32,000 nt of DNA from an uncultured archaeon (GTDB lineage Archaea; Asgardarchaeota; Thorarchaeia; Thorarchaeales; Thorarchaeaceae): positions 30,001-62,000 of the forward strand of contig CAYHAA010000001.1 in assembly GCA_964354495.1 (NCBI GenBank), in the 5' to 3' direction. Positions 1-6,532 of this stretch are shown here, in pieces (the stretch's first letter is position 1; each line of letters begins with the position of its first letter). The notes beneath the pieces were generated by a model that did not search any database, was not told the DNA's origin, and worked only from the letters and a program-made list of their open reading frames with translations. A program made the translations under genes and the position numbers.

Positions 1-2
1 TG

Positions 3-152
<150 letters not shown>

Positions 153-206
153 CACAATCCGGTTCGTTTTTCACCGATTGGGCTGGATTGTCAGTAGGCG
201 ATTCAT

Positions 207-1097
207 GTGAAAGTTTCCCTTGAGTGTGCACACTGTCTTCTAGAGCGAGCAGGGAATCAGGTAAAACTAGCAACTGATGACCCAATGCTCCAGATGAAGA
301 TCATCGAGGCAATGACAAGATTCCTTGGAGAGAACTTCAATAGTGATGCTGTGCCAAGTCACATAGGCACTGATCGGGACCTGCTCGTCCAACGTATGAC
401 GGGGTGTGACCCCTACGAAGGCCTCAAACATCAGTCAAATGCAATGGCTCTCAGGATTCTTCCAGAGATGCTGAAGATTGTGGATGGAAAGTCGAATGCG
501 AAAGATAGGTTCAGGACCTCTGTCCTCATTGCTGCCGCTGCTAATTCCATTGAATTCGACGTTTCCGGACGTGATTTCTCTCTCAATGAACTCAAGACGA
601 CAATAGATCATGTGGAGGACGACCTAGCAATAGATCAGATTGAGGAATTCAGACGATTATGTCAGAGTGCAAAGACTGTTCTCTACCTGATGGACAACGC
701 CGGCGAACTCGTTCTTGATATGATTCTGATTAGGGAGATGAAACGTTTCGGAGCCAAGGTCACTGCTGTGGTGAAAGGGGGGCCGGTTCTAAACGATGCA
801 ACCATGGTCGATGCAGCTGAAGTGCATCTGGGTGACTATGCGGACAGGGTTGCAGATACGGGAGCTCCCGCCATAGGTATCAATCTCGAACGTAGCTCGG
901 TTGAGTTCAGAGCCCTCTTCATGTCATCAGAGCTCATCGTCGCCAAAGGTATGGGCAACTTTGAGTCGATGACTGAGTTTGATCCGCGGTGTCCGACTGT
1001 GCATATCATGAGAACAAAGTGCAATCCTGTCGCTCGGCAAGTCGGAGTTCCAAAGAACAAGAATGTGATAATGATTCGAAGACCTGCTGCTGACTAG
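207..1097 (+). CDS. DUF89/ARMT1-like damage-control metal-dependent phosphatase (PH1575-type)
   Basis: N-terminal ECAHC, DPYEGLK, AANSIEF, intact metal motif DNAGE.V.D, P..ND and KGMGNFE. GTG start. Confidence 0.9.
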   Translation: MKVSLECAHCLLERAGNQVKLATDDPMLQMKIIEAMTRFLGENFNSDAVPSHIGTDRDLLVQRMTGCDPYEGLKHQSNAMALRILPEMLKIVDGKSNAKDRFRTSVLIAAAANSIEFDVSGRDFSLNELKTTIDHVEDDLAIDQIEEFRRLCQSAKTVLYLMDNAGELVLDMILIREMKRFGAKVTAVVKGGPVLNDATMVDAAEVHLGDYADRVADTGAPAIGINLERSSVEFRALFMSSELIVAKGMGNFESMTEFDPRCPTVHIMRTKCNPVARQVGVPKNKNVIMIRRPAAD

Positions 1098-1110
1098 GAC
1101 CTGTTTTCCA

Positions 1111-1941
1111 TCATGCCATGTCCTCTTTGTATGGTCTAAGTGCCTGCGCAACAAGAGTCGAGGCCATGAAATCTATCTTGAGGTCAGGATACTCGAGGCT
1201 GATGCTGTCTCTGAGCCTCTTCATTCCAAGATCTTCAGTCACAAAGGCTCCCAGTTCAAGAGTGTTCATTCCCTCTTCGTGTGCAATGAGTCTAATCTCT
1301 GGATTCAGCTCTCCAGTGACCAAGGTCTCAATGTCCTGCTTCTTCGCATTTATGATTTGTGGCATATCAACATGACTTCCAGCGACCAGCAGACACTCTC
1401 CAACTTCGTCATCCAGGTCTCCTGAGAACAAGACAGTATTGAGATTCATTCTAGATGCAACATAGTTGACGAAACCCGAATGATTCTTGACGTCTTCTAG
1501 TCTGCAGATTCTGCCAAATGGCACAAACTGGCCATAATCACTCTCCGAGAGGAAATCACCGACCTTCTCCATGCCAAGTGCATCTGAGAGAGCATCATTC
1601 AAGCCGTCCCTCGCACAGAGCCAGCCGCTTCCAATGACGTACGATGATATGTAGTTCTTGGTGAGAAGACGTACTCTCACAAGGTCGAGTCCGGCGAGTC
1701 TGTCAATAGCAAAGGGAAACAATGGTCTGTAAGTAATGAGAAGGTTCGACTTGTCCTGCGTCGCCTTCGTGATGACCCTTGCAGAGGGATATGTGGCAAT
1801 CAAGGCTCTGTTTATGGTAGTGTTGGCCTGTTCTGAAGGGCTCTGGGGACCTATCTCAACCCTATCCTCCAGGCCCTGAATTGTCATCTCCCTGGGAGAC
1901 AGCTCTTGTAGACGTTTGACAATCTGGAGAAAACTGGTCAT
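1111..1941 (-). CDS. Nif3/YbgI (GTP cyclohydrolase 1 type 2-like) fold protein; most dinuclear metal ligands substituted
   Basis: Family scaffold recognisable (LLITYRPLF vs LIITHHPLIF; DGLNDALSDALG; TLVTGE; ELGAFVTE vs DAGHYATE), but HH is YR, HTNLD is GSGWL and the C-terminal His is Ala. Confidence 0.8.
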   Translation of the reverse strand: MTSFLQIVKRLQELSPREMTIQGLEDRVEIGPQSPSEQANTTINRALIATYPSARVITKATQDKSNLLITYRPLFPFAIDRLAGLDLVRVRLLTKNYISSYVIGSGWLCARDGLNDALSDALGMEKVGDFLSESDYGQFVPFGRICRLEDVKNHSGFVNYVASRMNLNTVLFSGDLDDEVGECLLVAGSHVDMPQIINAKKQDIETLVTGELNPEIRLIAHEEGMNTLELGAFVTEDLGMKRLRDSISLEYPDLKIDFMASTLVAQALRPYKEDMA

Positions 1942-2036
1942 GCCTTCTTTCCTCCTGGAAGGGTTTCAGATTGTCCGATGATTGTTGTCCGTCTTATGCT
2001 TTTGGATGAGCAACAGGACAGAGTGCATCGAGTCTA

Positions 2037-2384
2037 TTAGAACTCCTCAGCATCATCCGCGTCGCCGAGCTCATCATCTAGGTCATCATCGTAGGTGTCT
2101 AGGTCTTCGACTTCTTCATCAACCTCTTCGACTTCGGGCATTTCCTCAATGACCTCTAGTTCTGGCTCTTTCTCTGGCTTCTTTTTCTTCTCGGGCTTAG
2201 GTTTCTTTTCAGCCTTCTCTGAGGGTGCTTTTGCAGCTGGAGCCTTGGCAGCTCGCTTCTTCTCCTTCCAGTACTCAGTCTTCACAGTTCTCTTCTTGTC
2301 CATTTTCTTGAAGTCAACCTGCTTAGGATTTTGATCTTTTCTAATCTTTACACGTTCACGTTCGAGCTTCTTCTTGTCCACCAT
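2037..2384 (-). CDS. Hypothetical low-complexity protein: Lys-rich N-terminal part, Asp/Glu-rich C-terminal tail
   Basis: 115-aa ORF with ATG start fits the gap between co-oriented and divergent genes. The composition bias is protein-like, and the antisense Ser/Phe-rich ORF at 2095-2334 is its shadow. Confidence 0.75.
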   Translation of the reverse strand: MVDKKKLERERVKIRKDQNPKQVDFKKMDKKRTVKTEYWKEKKRAAKAPAAKAPSEKAEKKPKPEKKKKPEKEPELEVIEEMPEVEEVDEEVEDLDTYDDDLDDELGDADDAEEF

Positions 2385-2473
2385 TGACAGTCACCATCGC
2401 GCTTTGGCGAGGTTAAGTGATTTGTTTTATAACTGTGTCGAAAGAGAGCGAAGGCAACGCTTTTGTTCTTGGT

Positions 2474-3046
2474 ATGTTGAACTACGATTGGCTCATGACG
2501 CCGGATGCAATAGGAGTAGACGAATTGAGAAAGAAGGAAGCGAACGATTCGGTAAGCATTCGTGTGCGTCTTGAGAAGTCGCTATTGGATAGGATAGATA
2601 CTGTGGCTGGAGCAGGAAATCGTCAGAGGTACATTCAGGAGTCTATCGAGTGGCGACTTGACCAAGAGCTACCTCCCATGGTCCTTGAGCTCTCTGAAGA
2701 GCTAACTCAGCTCAAGAGTCGCGTGGAGCATCTAGAACATTCCCAGACAACCAGTGTCTTTCTGAACGAGCTCAACTCCATAGCAAAGGAACAGGTATGC
2801 GCTGATGATCTTGATAGAAGACTGCTGGCATTCTTTGTCAGATATGAGGGTGGAACAACTCCAGAGTTGGCAGAACACCTGCTTGGTGACACCCAGAAGC
2901 GACGCACTATCTTGGACAGGATTGATAGGCTCAACAGTCGAGCAACTGCAATAATCGGTTCGCCAGTTCTCGAGTACAAGAAAGGGTATGTCAAGAACAA
3001 ACGTGGAGCTTGGTGGCTCGTAGACTCTGCCTCTATTCTTGTGTAA
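2474..3046 (+). CDS. Putative DNA-binding protein: ribbon-helix-helix, coiled coil, C-terminal winged helix-like region
   Basis: VSIRVRLEKSLLDRIDTVAGAGNRQRYIQESIEWRL fits a CopG/RHH pattern; DDLDRRLLAFF..EGG.TTPELAEHL fits an HTH pattern. Start uncertain (GTG 2417, ATG 2474 or ATG 2495). Confidence 0.65.
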   Translation: MLNYDWLMTPDAIGVDELRKKEANDSVSIRVRLEKSLLDRIDTVAGAGNRQRYIQESIEWRLDQELPPMVLELSEELTQLKSRVEHLEHSQTTSVFLNELNSIAKEQVCADDLDRRLLAFFVRYEGGTTPELAEHLLGDTQKRRTILDRIDRLNSRATAIIGSPVLEYKKGYVKNKRGAWWLVDSASILV

Positions 3047-3061
3047 TCAGGGTGATTGGAG

Positions 3062-3075
3062 CGAATTCTTTAAGA
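3062..3075 (+). promoter_or_regulatory. BRE/TATA-like promoter of tRNA-Arg(CCG)
   Basis: CGAA..CTTTAAGA ending about 22 nt upstream of the mature tRNA 5' end. Confidence 0.55.
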
Positions 3076-3097
3076 AACCCCGCATCCTAGCTCTTCT

Positions 3098-3175
3098 GGG
3101 GCCGTAGTCTAGCCTGGATAAGGCGCCAGCCTCCGGAGTTGGTAGTCCCCGGTTCAAATCCGGGCGGTCCCGCCA
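3098..3175 (+). tRNA. tRNA-Arg(CCG), intronless, CCA encoded
   Basis: Cloverleaf: acceptor GGGGCCG/CGGTCCC, D-loop AGCCTGGATA, anticodon arm CCAGC-CTCCGGA-GTTGG (CCG at 3133-3135), T-arm CCCGG-TTCAAAT-CCGGG, discriminator G then CCA. Confidence 0.95.
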
Positions 3176-3202
3176 CTTTATTCTTCGCACAAGAAAATCG
3201 GA

Positions 3203-3210
3203 CTTTATAT
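3203..3210 (+). promoter_or_regulatory. TATA-like box upstream of the small ORF
   Basis: CTTTATAT about 40 nt upstream of ATG 3251; SD-like GAGGT at 3239-3243. Confidence 0.45.
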
Positions 3211-3250
3211 GCGTCTTTCTGGCACTGGATTACGAATTGAGGTTCGAATC

Positions 3251-3457
3251 ATGACCACCATCGGAGACCAAGTCACGGACGAAGAGAAAGTCGTGACTCG
3301 TTTCACAAAGTACTTGAACGGCCCTTTGGGGAAGAGCGTTCTGCAGAACTTGGATGAAGGAGAGGCCTTTGTGCTCCAGACCGCTGAGCACACTCTTAGA
3401 GTTACCAAGCGAAGAGGACTTGCCATTGTCACAGTGATGAAGCTCCCCCTCGTTTGA
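3251..3457 (+). CDS. Small hypothetical protein (68 aa)
   Basis: ATG preceded by GAGGT and a TATA box. Sequence MTTIGDQVTDEEKVVTRFTKYLNGPLGKSVLQNLDEGEAFVLQT...LRVTKRRG.AIVTV looks alpha+beta. Track start 3209 is probably too far upstream. Confidence 0.6.
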   Translation: MTTIGDQVTDEEKVVTRFTKYLNGPLGKSVLQNLDEGEAFVLQTAEHTLRVTKRRGLAIVTVMKLPLV

Positions 3458-3506
3458 TTTCTTTCAGCTGCAAGATACTCTGTAGCCTCGGCGCTCGATT
3501 TCGCAG

Positions 3507-3520
3507 CGAAGACTTTATGA
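3507..3520 (+). promoter_or_regulatory. BRE/TATA-like promoter of tRNA-Arg(GCG)
   Basis: CGAAGACTTTATGA ending about 24 nt upstream of the tRNA. Confidence 0.55.
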
Positions 3521-3544
3521 GTCGACTTTCGCCTTCCCTAAGAT

Positions 3545-3622
3545 GGGGCCGTAGTCTAGCCTGGATAAGGCGCCAGCCTGCGGAGTTGGTAGTCCCCGGT
3601 TCAAATCCGGGCGGTCCCGCCA
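3545..3622 (+). tRNA. tRNA-Arg(GCG), intronless, CCA encoded
   Basis: Same cloverleaf as 3098-3175; loop CTGCGGA, anticodon GCG at 3580-3582. Confidence 0.95.
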
Positions 3623-3748
3623 CTGCTTATCCTCATTCAGTTCTCCTGAAATCCTCGACACGAAGCTTAAATGCTATAACAAGCCCGGCAGGGGACAAGC
3701 AGAAGAGCTGACCTGGCTCTGTAACCTACTAAGAGTGATGCAGACTAG

Positions 3749-4876
3749 ATGCAGCATACACCACAGCGATTGGACCGAATATATCGAGCCATGCGACGCG
3801 ATGAGGTTGATGCCTTAGTAGTCACTAGAAGGCAGGACGTTCAGTACCTAACTGGTTTTCAGAGTAGAGGCCAAAACATGCCGATTGGCTGCGTAATCGC
3901 TGAAGGAAGTCCGCCACACCTCATTCTCTCAGACGCCCATCAGGCTTCTGCAGTTAGTGAATCTATTCTGGGTATAGTCCATACTTTCAACACAGATGCC
4001 TCTGAAGACTGGTTTCAAGCTCATGGCAGCGCCTTCTGGGATGAGGTACTGCATGTCCTGAATGAAATAGGTCGGACAAAAGGAATGATCGGCCTTCAAC
4101 ATGAATGGCTGTCTGTAAGAGAGTTCGAGAAGATCAAGACCAGTCTTCCTGAGGCCGGATTTCGGGACTTCTCGCAGTCCCTGTGGAAGTTGCGACAAAT
4201 AAAGGACTCCGCCGAAATCGATGCGATTCGCCAGGCCGTGAACGTGGCTGAGATAGGCGTTCGCACCGCTTTGGAGATTGTTGCACCAGGTAAATCTGAA
4301 GATGAAGCCTCCCTAGAAATAGAAGCGGCAATGAGAGGAGCAGGTGGTCAGCAGCGAGGAATACGGGCTGCTGTTCTTTCTGGGACTCATGCTCGTTTCC
4401 CACTTTCAGAGCCTAGTCCGGATTGTATCAGGAAAGAGGACTTCGTGGTCTTGGATATCACCGTAAGTCACTCAGGATACTTCGCAGAAGTCGCACGAAC
4501 AATCCATCTTGGGACTCCAAGTCATAGACAGAGGGCACTCTATGAATCCATTCTGAACGCCATCAAGACGGCAGAGAGAGTGATGAAGCCAGAGGTGAGT
4601 CTTGAAGATGTTGCTGCCCAAGTACTGAAGAAGTCAGGAAGAGGTATCCCTCCTAGTACCTTTGTACAACCACTTGGAAGCTCCATTGGACTAGACCTTC
4701 ATGAACCACCCTATATCTCCCCAGAGAGTCAGTATTCCCTGAGAGAGGGTATGACCTTCACACTTCATCCCACGGGTTATCTGCCTGAAGCGGGTTCTGC
4801 CAAGGTGGCAGACGTTGTCCTCGTGACTCGGGATGGTGTAGAGGATTTGGGGACCTTGGCTAGGGAAACCATGTAA
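3749..4876 (+). CDS. M24 (Xaa-Pro aminopeptidase/creatinase) two-domain fold protein; metal site degenerate
   Basis: Creatinase_N-like start (DALVVT...YLTGF), LR.IK...EI linker and pita-bread motifs, but ligands read D236, E247, S311, H340, A354 instead of D, D, H, E, E. Confidence 0.85.
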   Translation: MQHTPQRLDRIYRAMRRDEVDALVVTRRQDVQYLTGFQSRGQNMPIGCVIAEGSPPHLILSDAHQASAVSESILGIVHTFNTDASEDWFQAHGSAFWDEVLHVLNEIGRTKGMIGLQHEWLSVREFEKIKTSLPEAGFRDFSQSLWKLRQIKDSAEIDAIRQAVNVAEIGVRTALEIVAPGKSEDEASLEIEAAMRGAGGQQRGIRAAVLSGTHARFPLSEPSPDCIRKEDFVVLDITVSHSGYFAEVARTIHLGTPSHRQRALYESILNAIKTAERVMKPEVSLEDVAAQVLKKSGRGIPPSTFVQPLGSSIGLDLHEPPYISPESQYSLREGMTFTLHPTGYLPEAGSAKVADVVLVTRDGVEDLGTLARETM

Positions 4877-5401
4877 TCATGCACTCTGTTGCCAGTGCTT
4901 CAGTTTCTGGAAGACTTGGGCCATTGCCTCTGTCTTCGTCACGTGCTTGTCCACTTCTTCTCGTGAGAGCTCACGAATCTGAGCTGCTGGAACACCTGAG
5001 TTGAGAGTACGCGGCGCTATCACAACATTGGCGGGAACAATGCTCCCCGGTGTCAGCACTACTCCTTCTCCTAATGTAGCGCCATCGAAGATAACGCACC
5101 CCTCTCCAATATAGGCGCTATCACCAATGTATACACCATGAAGCACTGCGGCTGTGCCAATAATCACATTGTTGCCAATGATTGTAGGATTATGTACACT
5201 GTGCGCATGAATGACTGCACTGTCCTGAATACATGTATTCTCACCAATTTTCACTGAAGCAAAGTCTCCGCGAATTACTGCGCCCGGCCACACGCTTGCT
5301 CTAGATCCTACTTCAACATCACCAACGATTGTCGCCTGGACACTCACATAAGCCTTCAAATCGATTCTTGGAGTGTTCTTTCCAAAGGGTAGTACTGGCA
5401 C
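4877..5401 (-). CDS. Gamma-carbonic anhydrase family (YrdA-like) hexapeptide-repeat protein
   Basis: IVGDV, IRGD, IGENTCIQDSAVIH and VLHG motifs. The middle Zn-ligand His (IGH) is Thr83. GTG start with GAGGT upstream. Confidence 0.9.
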   Translation of the reverse strand: MPVLPFGKNTPRIDLKAYVSVQATIVGDVEVGSRASVWPGAVIRGDFASVKIGENTCIQDSAVIHAHSVHNPTIIGNNVIIGTAAVLHGVYIGDSAYIGEGCVIFDGATLGEGVVLTPGSIVPANVVIAPRTLNSGVPAAQIRELSREEVDKHVTKTEAMAQVFQKLKHWQQSA

Positions 5402-5477
5402 TTCTGATACCTCTTCACTTGAACTGACGCATACAGGTTTTGATATCTAATAAAACATCATATGCTCAATCGGACGG

Positions 5478-5852
5478 TCAATTTCCTTTGAGCAAGGACT
5501 CGATAGCAGATTCAAAGTGCTCTGAAGGTCTCACTCCGATCAGCCTATCGACAACGGTTGTGACCCCTGTGTCTTTGTTCTTGATCTTCAGTCTTGCTGG
5601 CTTCCCGTCGAAGAAGATGAGTACGCATGGAATTCCCCTGATTCCGTTCCTGATGGCAAATGCTTGATGCTCGTCTGTATTCACCTTCAGGAATCGAATA
5701 TCCCGGTTGTCACGGTACTTCTCTTCCAACTCGTCCAGTATTGGACTGAGCGCTTTGCAAGGCCCACACCATTCTGCCCAGCAATCCACAAAGAGAAGTT
5801 TGGTCTTCTTCTTCTCAGCATCCACTTCTTCCGGGGTCACATCTCTTACCAA
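5478..5852 (-). CDS. trxA: Thioredoxin (WCGPC)
   Basis: FVDCWAEWCGPC and GIRGIP cis-Pro loop. Likely TTG start at 5852 (GGTG upstream) giving 124 aa; the track's extra 39 N-terminal residues are probably non-coding. Confidence 0.9.
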   Translation of the reverse strand: MVRDVTPEEVDAEKKKTKLLFVDCWAEWCGPCKALSPILDELEEKYRDNRDIRFLKVNTDEHQAFAIRNGIRGIPCVLIFFDGKPARLKIKNKDTGVTTVVDRLIGVRPSEHFESAIESLLKGN

Positions 5853-5979
5853 ACGCTGCCTACACCAATAGTGGTCCTCGCTAGCGACGTATTGAATGTT
5901 GTCATTGTGTGAATCAAAGAAGAAAGAGGAGATCTCACGAGGAAGGCTGTTTCTTCCTCGAAGACCCACAGAAACTCGC

Positions 5980-6351
5980 CTATGCTACCTCTTCAGCGAG
6001 GAGGTCGTCTGCTATCTGCTCATATACCTCAGGTGGCATGACGCCGACAAGCTTGTCGGTTTTCCTGCCGGAGCCATCATCGAAGACTACCCTCTTGCCA
6101 TCGGCATAGATCAGAACACTCGGAACTCCAGTTATCTGGTTCTTCATACTGAATTCTCGATTATGGTCGACATCTATCTTGACGACCTTGAGTCCTCTGC
6201 CCTGATACTTCTCATGGACATCTTCGAGGATTGGGCCGAGCGTCCTGCAAGGCCCGCACCAGACAGCATGACAGTCTACGAACACTACTTTGTTCTCCGA
6301 GATTATTTGGTCTAGTTCTGATGAGCTGATGTCTTCTACCATTGTATTCAA
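5980..6351 (-). CDS. trxA: Thioredoxin (WCGPC)
   Basis: FVDCHAVWCGPC, KIDVD and ITGVP motifs; 123 aa. Confidence 0.92.
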   Translation of the reverse strand: MNTMVEDISSSELDQIISENKVVFVDCHAVWCGPCRTLGPILEDVHEKYQGRGLKVVKIDVDHNREFSMKNQITGVPSVLIYADGKRVVFDDGSGRKTDKLVGVMPPEVYEQIADDLLAEEVA

Positions 6352-6423
6352 GCTCCATCGCTGGTGCGAATCGGTTGTGCGTTCTCCTTACACAACCGTT
6401 AAAAGGATTGCGATATACCCAAC

Positions 6424-6471
6424 TCTGTTTCATGGGTTCTTCATAGGTCTGTCCCGCCCGACACTCATCAC
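6424..6471 (-). ncRNA. Candidate C/D-box guide sRNA
   Basis: Minus strand reads GUGAUGA - 13 nt - CAGA - CCU - AUGAAGA - 10 nt - CAGA. Box spacing is typical, but the terminal D box is CAGA, not CUGA, and no target is established. Confidence 0.25.
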
Positions 6472-6532
6472 TTGGACGTGATGATGGTGCCAAAGTTTGA
6501 TAAGCCATAATCCTTCCACGTCATAGAACTAG

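Noticed and set aside
3098-3622. tRNA direct repeats as attL/attR of an integrated element
   Set aside because: Both copies are full-length with their own promoters, only 369 bp lie between them, and there is no integrase.
5466-5480. TGA stop of the thioredoxin as a selenocysteine codon
   Set aside because: The active site is already WCGPC, the TGA follows the natural C-terminal helix, and another in-frame TGA comes four codons later.
6452-6464. Guide complementarity to the 16S h44 CCGCCCGUCA region (Cm1402 equivalent)
   Set aside because: Against the recalled bacterial sequence there are three mismatches in 13 and the D+5 rule points one base off. The host 16S is unavailable, so no target is claimed.
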